Shown: positions 12,163 to 24,100 of the stretch, piece after piece
Position numbering within the stretch: position 1 is the stretch's first letter
Layout of the letters: every line of letters begins with the position of its first letter
Source of the DNA: Amoebophrya sp. A120
Lineage: Eukaryota; Protista; Dinoflagellata
Reading direction: 5' to 3'
DNA: 64,000 nt
NCBI GenBank assembly: GCA_905178155.1
Contig: CAJINV010000007.1
Location: forward strand, 1,903,151 to 1,967,150
Notes under the pieces: generated by a model
What the model saw: only the letters and a program-made list of their open reading frames with translations
The model's database searches: none
Told to the model about the DNA's origin: nothing
Translations under genes and position numbers: made by a program

Positions 12163-15100
12163 ATGGGTTCTTGCCTCGGCACGTGTCTCGCCAGCTGCTT
12201 TGGCGTATGCTACACAAAATCTTAGCTCTCCACCATCACCATGATGATCGCCATACAAAAGTTTTTTTCACTGCTGTGCAAGATGAAGAAAAGGAATTTA
12301 CGGAACGTGAATGGATCGCCATCACCATCACCATCGATCATTCGCGTCGAGTAAATATAATTGGTGTTTTGCATATAATGTATGAGAAAAAAAAAACACA
12401 GTGAGAGCGAGGAACAAGCTCCTGTGGAAGAACAACAACAAGGTTTTCCGTAGTTGCATAAAGCAGTTGCATGGGGAAATGCCTCACCTCCGGCCACGTC
12501 AAGAAAGACTCTACGATGCGGAAGATGTTCGCGTTTCTGCAGCTCTGGAACATCGTCTGGCTGTTCATGTACCGCTGGCTTGCACCGCATTATCAAAAGG
12601 AAAAATCCCCCCTCTCCATACTGAAAAGGTATATTTTTGGAAATTTGTGATGCTGATTTGTGGTCACATTGCAAGAAGGCAACTCCGCAGGCTCCGTCGC
12701 GTTTTGTCATGCTCTTGGGCCTACGGCCGCGCCGCTGTTTATCATGCTAAGCGCCCAGGCCGAAACCCCTCTACTCACACTTGATATGGGCCTGTAGTGC
12801 TCTCCAGCAAGAAAGCTCGGACTTGTGTGCACAAATCCAGCATCGGAAGTTTCGTTTTGATATGGGTTGGGCGGATTTTTCCTTTTGATACGCATGTCTC
12901 GAAGTTCCCGCTTTTCAACCACTTTTTTCTCTTCGAGTTTGGGATCATGGAATGCAACAAAGCAGGACGAGATGATCTTCATGGTGGTAATGCAAGAAGT
13001 GCGACTGCCCCAGGTGGTCTATCCTGTGCAAAATTATCGTACTCGTACTAATTGCAATCATGCATGACGAATCCTGTTTCTTAGCGAAATCAGCATTACA
13101 AATTCCATTTTTCCTTCTGGAAAAAATTGTATTGCGATTTATACTGGTGCGATACTTTTGCAATGCATATGGTCCAGATCAAAGCAAGATCACGGCTTGT
13201 TTTATGCTTGAGAATTACGAAGTAATTCGTTAGCACCAGTGTTGAGTCCATGGAAAAGAAGAGTCGTCTGCTCTCGTCTTCGTCTCGTCCATGTCTTCGT
13301 CATAAGATCTAATTGGTGGGTCGCGCATACCGCAAATAACGCGACGGCACAGGCAAGCGCTCTAGTTTCGTACTGGCCCAGTCTCGGGCGTCTAAAGTCT
13401 CTTACTAGACTAGAAATAGTAAGAAGTTGTTCACGTCAAGAGATCTGGGCTCCTGGCTCGGTTTCCGCATTACATGCGACGAGAGCGGCAACCTCGCAAC
13501 GTCTCTGCCTAGAGAAAAGCCCACTATGGCGCCCAAGTCGTTTTTGCGCAAAATCGAGTGCTCGTTTTGCAGCCAGAAGCGGTTGGCTCACACACCGCGC
13601 AACACTTCGCCCGCGTGTCCGAATTCTGAAGCCTGCAAAGGCGAGTGCTACTACTTCGCGAAAGACGGAGATTTGCAGACGGTGAAGAAGCATCGCACCT
13701 TCGTAGAAGCGACTTACCCCCTACCGAGGCTTCGCCTCGAAGACGCGAGCATCTGCGTCGACTGCAATCTTTGTAAGTTGTTCCCCGACTCCAGAAAGCG
13801 ATCCTGGGTATTTGATAGAGAAGTGGTCGAAGCTTCAAGCTTTGCTTCCAGCGTGGAAGACGATCCGGCATCAGCTCTCAGAACTCTGAAGAAGGCGAAA
13901 GCTTCGTACGAATATTCTGAGAAGTCTCCTCCTACATCTCTTCCGCGAAACTTAGGCAGCTCAGCTCTTGCAGACAAGCAGTCGCCCGCATCTTCTGAGA
14001 AGAATCCGGAAGCTTAAAGCAAAAGACATGCCGTCGCCGTCTGGATCCTTGTCTCAGGGCGTTGCCATGGGTAGCGACACGACCGTCGCTCAACAGGTCG
14101 AACCCGAAACGGCCGTCATCGAGGAGGAAGTCGCCGCAATGCGCGCGCGCCAGTTACTGGACCCCAAGTCGGTCGACTACCCGTTGCCATTCGACAAAAC
14201 CGGGACTGTGCACCGCCCAGACAACTTCGAGTGGATCCCGAGCGACACGATCTTCACCAAGCACGATGTCAAGTCCGTCGCTGTCAAAATGTACACCGAC
14301 AAACAAAGGATCACGGTGGTCCGACGATAACTGACTTACGACGGAGAAGCAATCACTTTGCGCTCCAAGGTGCTACTTTGTCTTTAATCTGTCTTGCATA
14401 TCAAGAGCGATTCACGCATCCGCACAAGCGTGCGTCTTCAACTCCATTCCCATCTTCATTCTCGAAGGTTCAGACCGAGCATCCGGCATACATGGCTGAC
14501 TCCCACGGCGACATGATTCAGAACGTCATCCAGCCCACTGAGACCCAGAGGGCCTGGAAGTGGGAAAACGGCAAGCACATCCGGCGCCTCCGCGCGCTCA
14601 CCATCGTCAGCAACGCACTCGATTACGCCACTTGGGCATACCTGGCGTTTTCCGATTTTCAGGACATCGAGTTGATCGCCAGCATGGCGGAGACAATCGG
14701 ATACGTCCTTGCGGACCAGTCCCGCGGCAAGGCGAAGTTGTGCATGCAGGTCCTCAAAGACTGGCTAGAAGTCCGGTTGGACGACATTCCCGATGGGAAA
14801 GCACCCGACATCGCTATGCGCAGTGCACTTTTCGACTTGAGCGTCGTGCTCTGCCCGCCCTTCGCAAACGCCAGCAAGTGGAAGTCCGCCTTTTGCAGAG
14901 CCAGTTTTGACCTGATCCCGCCCATTGCTACAGTGAGGTCCGTGGATGAAAGCCCGATGATCATCGTAGCGAGGACGCAGGATTATGTAAACGAGATTCA
15001 TGAGAAGAGACAGACTGACTTAGAGTTAGGAAAAGCTTTGCCCGGGCGCGTTGCTGACCAGGAAGGAATGTTGTAAGTCTGCGAAATTCATTTTCAGTGT

Positions 15101-18100
15101 TTTTGTTGAGACGAAAAGTCATCGACGTGCATTTTTTTGAAAAATGTATGCTGGCACTCCAAGAATAATTAAAATTTAATACGATTCCGCGACGCGGTCA
15201 GCTCAAAGCAGTGAGTGAGCATGTCAGCCGAGTTTGTTCGCCGTCACAAGCAAGATCTATGCCACTGCGTTACGATCTACCCGGAGCCTTTCCACGAGAG
15301 AGCATCTCCCTTTCGTCAAAAGTATTATCTTGAGCGAGAATTGTCATCACATGATAACAAACTCTCCTTCGTCTTGTAGTAAAAGTTATTAGTGCCCACC
15401 ATGACGGAACTCGTCTGCTGTGCGTGCTTTGACAAAAAAGATGAGGCTCTCTTCTTCATCAAATGCGCTGGCGCAGACTCCGCCACAGCTTGCGCCAAGA
15501 GGATCGGCATACATTTGCAAACAATGCGAAAAGGACAACGGCGCCATGTCCCACGGACACTTCCACACCGTCAACGTCCTCGACCCAGTTAAAAGCCGCT
15601 GTAAGACATGCAACGTAGCCAAGAACAAAAGCCGCATGAAGCAGGTAGCTTTTCGCTGTTTTCATCATTCTTGTTGCGTGCAGCGTTCATCGTTGTTTTC
15701 CGTCAAATTGGAATTCTCATGTCCCCACCGCACTCCTTCTCAGGTAGAAGATGAGTTGGAGAAAGCGGCTGGCGACAAAAAGGCCATCCAGCTGATAACG
15801 CAAGAAGAAGACTGGTTCCCGGAATGGGTCTGCATGAGTCAAGAAGACAAAAAGGAAGCGCGCCGCGAGTTGAAAAGACCCGCGCTTCAGGAGGTCGACG
15901 TCTCAAAGCTCAACTCACATGACCTTGCCATCGCACAGCAAGCACAGTCAGCGGCGTCTGCGGCCGCAGCCACCGGCGCGAACGCAGCCGCGTCGGAAGT
16001 CAGCAAGACCTTCAAAGAAATGAAGCGAATGAAAGTCGAACACAAAAAGACGAGGCTGATGCTGCTGCCCAAGCACAAAGGAAGCTTTGCCACCTACAAG
16101 AAGTTTCTGAGTAAGGTAGTGACTATTTGTTTTTCTTTTTGCATGACGGTAATGCTAGGCACTTACATTGCGATCGCACATAACTGCTCATCATTCTTTC
16201 CCAAGGTGGTCTTGCACTTCGACGGACAGCCGGTCGCGGTGCTAGCCAAGCGCCACCGCTTCCTCATCTCTTACATCGAGGACTCGTCAGCGCGCTTCTT
16301 GTCCAAGGCACAGCAGAACTCGGAGCCGGCATCCAATCTGTGCTACGCAGCCTACTTCTCCATTCGAAGTAGTGTTTTGTTAGACCTGTGAGCATGGCTT
16401 GTCTTCAGGCAGCCGGGTCCGGGCAAATTTCGACCATTAAAATCGGCATAAAAAACCACTAATATAAAAGTTGGGGCGGGTTGTGTTTCATTGGCTACGT
16501 GGCCTGCCTGGCAAGGGGCCCCATTTTGTTGCCTTCCCATACGTGGCGCGTGGCGCCGAGGAAGGACGGGCCGGGCCCCACCGGCTTTGGTGTTTTTGTG
16601 CCTCCACGGCCCCCGGGGTGTTTTGTTTGAGTTTTTGCCCGCCTCTCAAGCGCATGCACGCCGCGTGCCTTTTCTCTTTCCAGCTCCCGGGCTGCTTTCG
16701 CCGGGCTCCACCTGGATGGCAGCTGGGCCGGTGGGGTCTTCGGCCAGTCTATGTGGCCTCGCCGCGTTTGGGAAGGGGCGACGCGCGCTGGTGGCTTTGG
16801 CGTTTCGACAGGTTTCGTCCCCATCGGCATTGGCGCCGTCCCCCAGTCGGGGTCTTTTCGGAGGGGCGTCGCCGTTTGTTGATGGCCGACAGGGAGTGGT
16901 GGTTGTTGCGAAGGACTGCTGGGTTTGCAATAAACCCAGCAGTAACCTTCGCAATAACCTTTGCAATAATTGTTGCATTAAAAATGCAATAAAATGTGCT
17001 TTAATTTGTTTTCATTGAAATCCTTAGGGATTTCAGTGTTTAACAAATTAAAGCAAATTTTAATGCAAATACTAAACAAAAATTAAACTTAATTTAAACC
17101 ACAAATTACACCACTTTTAAAGCAAAACAACAGGGCCCGGCGAGTGCAGGGGGGGGCGTCGCCTCCGCGCCGCGGGGGGGTGTTTGGCGCGATTATTTCG
17201 GCAAGCAAGACCCGAGGTCCGCAGGTGTGGAAGCAGCCGGCATTTGTCCGGTGTTGCGCCGGATTTGGCCGGCGCGTCCGTGTCGCTTTGGTGTTTCTGC
17301 TGAAGGTGGGGCTGGGGTTGTCGTGTTTTTGCCCTCGGCCGGTTTGTCCTCGTGGGGCTTTGTTGGCCCCGCATTTTTTGGGGGCGAGGTGGACAGGGGC
17401 CAATGGCTCACCCGATCACCCCCATCCCGGCCCCGTTCCAGCTTGATTCCATCGAAACCCATAGGACCGGGGCGGCCGGGCCCCCCTGCCTTGGTCATGG
17501 CCAAGCCGCGCGGCGTTTTCGGTGTGCCCTTTGTGGGGTTTGGGGCCGGCTCTGTGGAATCAAAGTCATAACTTCGGCCAAGAAATTAAAGCATTTTTAT
17601 GCTGACACTACACCGGGCAGCTTGCCCGGGCCCGGCAGGCTGATTGTCTGTGTGCAGTTGTAGATTTGTGAGCATGCGTTCTATTCTCACCGCGCCCGTC
17701 TTCTCTAGGTTGCCATCGAGAAATCAAGCTCACGTCGCACATCTCCGAAGCCAAGAAAGCTCTGTGGTTCATGTTTTTCCAGCCACGCTTTTCGTTCGTC
17801 ACTGCCTGTAATTTGTCGAGCCCGTCCATCATGTCGGCCCTCATGAACGTCATTGAGTCCGACACGTCTAGAAAGCGCACGCAGCAGGATCAAGGTCAGG
17901 GTGGTTATTACGGCAAGTCTCAGAACAACAACGGCAAGGGCAGCTCGACTTTCTACCCGGCACAGCCCGCTTACGACTACTGTCCCCAGGTCCCATCCTA
18001 CACAACGCCACAGGCAGCAGCTCAGGGAGGAGGCGGCAATGCCTCCGGCATGACCAAGGAGCAGAAGCAGGCCGAAATCGCGCGTATTCTGAGCCAGGTG

Positions 18101-21100
18101 GTCAACAACCCCCAAGGAGCAGAGCTGAATTTTGAAGCTGCAAAAAAGATCGATCGTGGCCTCTCGTGCAAATTTTTCGAGGCGAACGGTCATTGCCGCA
18201 GTTGCTACATGGCAGGCTTTACGTTTCAAAAGAAACATGAAAAAGGCCTGAAAAGTTGTGAACTCGCAGGCACGTCTTTGCTGGGGTAATGCAAAGCGAG
18301 TGTCTTCGTAAGAGTTTCGCTCTGGCTGCATAAGAAACCCATTCTCAGGCATCCCCTGCCATATTATCTGTGCGAACTGCAAGTCGGCCAAGCACTGGCA
18401 GTCCCAATGCACAGCTCCGTCGGCAAAAGGCAAGCCAGGAGGTGGAAAGCCAGGTCAGCAGCAGCAGCAGCAGGGTCCGCCCATGATGAAAGGTGCTCCC
18501 CCAGCGCAAGCATACGCCCAGGGCGTCCCTGGCGCAAAGGGAGGGCCGCCGAATGTAATGCGCGCCCCGTCGTGGTAGTCAACGGCTTGAACAGCTCGCC
18601 ACATGTACAGGAAATCAGCTGTAAGATGAAACTAGATCGACGCTTTTTTGTTTGTGTTTCCAGTGGCATCGATGCTGACACTTAATTGCCATCCCATTCG
18701 CGCCATCGCTCAGTCAGGAGCTGCTTTCATACAGTCTGGCGCTCTGTTCACATTCGAAGTGTGCTTCTCGTCGTACTTTTCGTCATATTGCATGTTGGTG
18801 CGCATCGTTGTAATCTTTGATATGGCCCTTCGCTACAGATCAGACCACCGGTCGGCGTTCTTGGCAACTGCTCTCACATCAGATCAGCCGAAGGATGTCG
18901 TTGCTTCAGATGAACCCCAAAAGAGCGGCGAGCTCAGCTCTTGCAACTGAGTACGCTCAGGAGCGCGAGAAGGCAAATCCCAAGCCTCAGAAGAAAACGA
19001 AGGCAGACTCCGACGCAGTCAAAAAAGCGCTCGCAGAAGCAGCTGTGGCCGACATTGAGCCAGACGAGGCCCCTTTGTACTTAGCAGAAGGCACTTCTTG
19101 GCGTGATTTAGATGATCCATCACGTAGCATCGTTTCTTCTAAATTCCTTTTCGTCTCATCTGTATTTTTTTCTCAGGTAGCATAGCACAGGCTCCAGCAG
19201 GGGGCAATCAAGCAGTGCCCGCGCTGTCCAAGTCAAAAAGCACTTCGTCCGCCAGCAGCGACTTCGTCTTCGCCGAAGCCGTGTCAGATTTTGAAAGCTT
19301 GAAGCCACCTGCATCGTCGGCGTCATCAAGTTCAAAGCCCCAGGTCGCAGTCGTCGCGCCGGCGGAGAGAAAAGCCGCGGCAGCATTGAGCCAGCACATG
19401 TCCTCCGGCATGCCATCGCGTGAAGCTGATGACTCGAAGTTGAAGGGTCAGATGAAGTCTTCCGAAGTTTTCTCTCAGAAAGATTCTACTGAAGTTAGCA
19501 CTTTCCCACAGGGTCCAAAGTGGTTCGATGCTTTCCCGTTACGCGACGACGTAAGAAAGCAACTTCTCAAGTCGTCTTATGTTTTTGCAAGCAGTAGCAT
19601 CGCACCGTCTTCGTGTAAAAATTTTACGAACATTTTAGCAGTTGTAGTTCCTCGAGTGTGTAGACAACTCGGAGTGAAGTTATGGCCACTCACCAATGAG
19701 CTGGGGCGCAGTTTGTTTTTCGCGACCTTTGCTACTTACAAGTCGTGCCATTTCTCGCACTTGAACGACAGAACGAATAAAGTCAACTGGTCGGCGTTCA
19801 AAAGCCTAAGTGCAGCCATCGGAGCTTACAACTCCTGTCGTCCAGAGTGTGACACGTATTCGCTACGCTACAAAAGCAGACCCTTCGCACGCATCTGGGA
19901 AGGATTCAAACGCAATGCAACTTTGCCTCTAAATCAGACCTACAAACTTCAGCCCACTAGATACCAAGTAGACTTAGTCCTCACAAAAGCGCGCCAGGAG
20001 TCCCACATCCACTGTTGTCCTCCCGGGTTCCTGTCTCATCAGCCTCCAAATTATTTGGAACCTTATTTAAATTCGAAGCAAGCCCTCTCGGCGGCGCAAG
20101 ACTACCAAACTGCGCTTCTGGCAGCGATGCAGTTCTACGGCGTCCGTCGAGGAGCCGAGATGCGGGAGTTGCTAACCGACAGCCTAGCTCCGAAGTATCT
20201 TTTTCCCGACGCCCCAAAGGAGGCGGAGCGTTACTGGTGCTTGCAAGTAGTCAAGGCAAAAAATGACGTTTATGCGCAAGGCAATTTTTGCGTTTTGCCT
20301 CTGTTTTTGACACCGCGCGCCACAGCTTGGATGCGCTGGGCTGGGGCTTTCGTCCGATTCTTTTTCAAAAAGGAGTACTTCGCAGGGAGTTGCAGTTTAT
20401 TTTTCGTAATAGGCAGCACGCGCATCAAATCTCGCGGCACTCCCTTGTCGCAAGATTGCCTCAGAATAAAGCTAAAAGCACTGCTTGGGCAGTATCTACT
20501 CCCGAAAAGCAAAAAACTGCCCGGCCCAGTCGCGTTAAGACGAGCAGGAGCCACTCGCGTGGCCTCCATGGATAGAGCAGTGGCTTATAATCAGGGTGGC
20601 TGGAGAAGCAACAAGATGTTGGATGCCATTTATGCCCCCTTAACACGCGAGGACTTAGCGCGGTCAATGCAAAAGCATTTCCCAGAGTCAGCAGCTCTGG
20701 CTCACTTACGGCGCGCAATAGTTAAAGTTGAAGAAGCTTATGTGAAGAACGCTTTCAATTTAGGCAGTCTCCTCATCGGCCTGCAAGACATCCCAGTGAG
20801 TGTACCGCGCGAAACTTTTGCGCGTCTAGCGCCAGGGCTGACAAGGGCAGCCAAGTTGAACTCTTTGAAGGATGGTTTTCACAACGTCTACTACCGTCTT
20901 GGACTAAAAAAATAATCATTTCGCTTTCCCACTGCCTTGTCGCTGACAAAGCACCGTCGGGAGTTTGGCCCAGTCGTTTGCTCTCCCATTCAGGCACGCA
21001 GCCGTCTTTCTGTTGTCGTTCACTTCAATTGTCAACCACCAGTCACTAGCGTGGAGAGAAAGCCCGGCAAATGGAGCAGCCCCGGGAGTACGTGGCCGAG

Positions 21101-24100
21101 AGCGACCCAGCAGTTCCCACGAGAGAAGGGAGAGAACTAGGCATAGTTCCAGACCCAGGCATGTCCATTCGGGACTACATAAGTATGGGACTGCCTGCCG
21201 CCAACTTGTCCGCCCTGGAGTTTCTGCAGTCGCAGGAAGGGCCCGACGACAAGTGGCGGCCGGTCGAAGACTACCTCACGTGGCAGGGGACCGCGCTCAA
21301 TCCCTTCATGTTGGCACGCTACGGGCTCAGCCCTGCCTTCATGGAGCGTTTTTTCGGTGGTGTAAAATTCGACGTGACAGTGGACGACTTCAAAGTCAGC
21401 CAGGTCAAGAATTACAGCGGAGCCACGACCTACGAAGATTATTTCACCGAAGAAGTCTGGCGCTTTATCCACAGCAAAAAAGTGGTAGTGTACGAGGACG
21501 ACGAGCCCCCGGATCTTATGATCGCCCCGGGAACAATACTTAAGCAAAGAGCGAAGTACAGGTATGTTCTGTTTCTCATGACACTCATGTCTTCTAGCGC
21601 ACGTCATAGCCCGCGTCATCTTCTCATCATCACTTAGGTTGGTGGCCGACTGGTCCAGCCCGCAAGTAGCCGCCAGCCAGATGCTGTACAGTACACCAGT
21701 CCAGTATAGCTGCTGGCGGTCTCTCTTCGAAAAGCTGTGTCCGGGAGCTCTGGCGTTTGGGCTCGACCTGGCCGATTGCTACGCACACTGGCCAGTGCAT
21801 CCCAGTCAGCGTCGCCTACTAGGACTAGACATACCGCAGACGGGAGCGAAAGCGTGCCATTGCTTCGTGCCATTCGGTATTTCCTAAGCTTTTCATGCTT
21901 GTTTTCACACTTGTGACTACGCATATGCTTCGAGTCTCATAGTCGCGATTTCTCGGCAGGTATATCACCTGCCCCCGGCAAGAATGATGAGGCGATCAAG
22001 GAACTCACTCGTATCCAGTACCGGGCCGGATTAACGGCCTGGCTACTGGATTACGTCGATGATATAAGGGGCGTCCTCCCCGCCCCGTGCAGCACGTCAA
22101 TGGAGCACACCGCGCGCGAATTCCAAAAAACATTCTTCATGTTTTCGCTGTTCGGTTGTCAGCTACATGAAAAACCAGGAAAGAAAATCCCGCCGACAAC
22201 AAAGCTTCCATGGCTCGGGTTCGAGTGCGATACGGAAGCAATGACTATGGCGATAGAAGAAGAGCGCAGAGAGCAGTATGCGATCGACGCGCAGCAGTTT
22301 CTAGATGAGGTGTCTTCTTCTCCCTCGCTAACAACGACAGCCAAAGCGGCGGCAAAGATTTGCGGCAAACTGCAGTCAATCACCTTCATCCTAGACGGCC
22401 CGCTCAGGGGCCTGCAAGACGCGCTCAACGCCTCCGGCTGCTACCGGCTGTGGCAGTCGTCGCGGGATCACAGTCCCAAAGTCTCGCTGTCGCACGAGGT
22501 CACTCAAGACCTGAAGTGGTGGGTGCACGAAATCAACCAAGTGCCGAAACGCAAGCTCCACTACTACGGAGGCAGGTGCTTCCTGTGGGGCCAGCATGTG
22601 TTAGAATTCGGAACGCAATTTTTGAACTCCATCCCGCCGTCGGCCTTTCTCGTCATCTATGGCGACGCCGCAACGGAAACCGGATGGGGCGGCACATGCA
22701 GAGGAGTGCACTACCAGGGTTTCTTCCCGCAGTGGATCAACCAGCACGACATAAACGCGAAAGAAAGTGCAACCCTCCTCATCGTCTTGGAGTGCATGGA
22801 AGCGCGCGGCGAGCTCCCACCAGGAATGCTCGCGCTGTATTATACGGATAACTTCACAGCAAAGAAGTTCGCAAACAAAGGCAAGCACACCAACCCGGCA
22901 TACTGGGTGGTTCTGCACCAGAAGACTGAAGTCATTGCGCCAGCGCAACCAGCTGGAGCTCATCGGGGCCAAAGTGCGCGGCTTGCGCAACATCGTTGCT
23001 GATTGTCTCAGTCGTTTCGACGATCACGTCTTCTCTTTCTGTGATCCGGAGCCCGAGCGTTGCCTAAACAACCGGGCATGGAGTCACATCATGAAAAAAC
23101 TGCCCGACATCGCCATCGAGTGCTTTGCGTCGTTAGACGACTCCGACAAGACTTCGCGCCTAGCCACGAAGTTCACGTCCCAAAACATGCCGCTCCAGAA
23201 CTTCGAGCAAATCAGCAAAGAAAAGTCGCGGTGGTTTCCACCAGGCGACATCGTCTACCCCGCAGTAAAATTTTTGCAAAAAACAGCACAGGGCATCCCG
23301 CTCGCGAACCGTCCGAAGTTCGCGGCTTTCCTTCCAAAAGCAGGAGGCAAATTTGCTCCGATGACATCCTCCTTCTACAGAGCAAAAATCTCGCACAAGA
23401 GGGGCGCTAAGATCTTCAACAGCAAAAATCTCGAAAAGGTCGACATGCCGGCCGACGATGACTACGAGGTCTTTCTTTCGGTGCCCATCGAGCAATGGTC
23501 TTCCACCACAAATCTCATCACGATCGAGAATCCACAGCACACGAAACTACTTCAAAACGCAGTCTTTCGCAGGTCTCTCAATCTACCAGGAAACACCGTC
23601 TGCAAATGCATCGCCCAAGCGTCGGAGCAGTTGATCGCGCATTTGTGTTGCACTGATCCGGTCGCGCCTAAAGGAGTAGCAGAGTTGGTCTTTGATAGGT
23701 GGCCATGTGCCAACGCTTATCCCTTACCAGCTTCCCAGAAGCCATGCAAATCGTTTCAAGTCATGCATCCGATTGCTAACGTTCACTCCATGTGTCATCC
23801 AGGGCCGCCGAAGGCGGATAGAAACTACGACACATACCAGGAGCGCCTAGATGCTTTCAATTCATCAATGTACAGCTTAGCAGTCTATTGCAGCAGCAAC
23901 GGGGTCAAGTCTGTGGCAGTCCCGTTACGCATTGGCTGCGGTCTCAATGGCGGCAAGATGTGTGATTACGCTCTCACTTTGGGCCGCTTCTTCATGAAGT
24001 GCCGAAGCTTCGGCGTCATTGTGCGACTCTATGAGAATCCCGACTCTCTGTGAGCATATTCATGCGCACGCTTTTTCGGCCCAAGAGCCGTCACAGTTGT

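Noticed and set aside
16646-16978. Minus-strand ORF in the rod with a Leu-rich start and GDAPPKRPRL, superficially like a delta-antigen NLS or an Oblin-2 helix
   Set aside because: The Leu pattern is explained by the 12-nt repeat, GC-rich DNA gives open frames on both strands, and I saw no ribozyme core by eye; not called as a CDS
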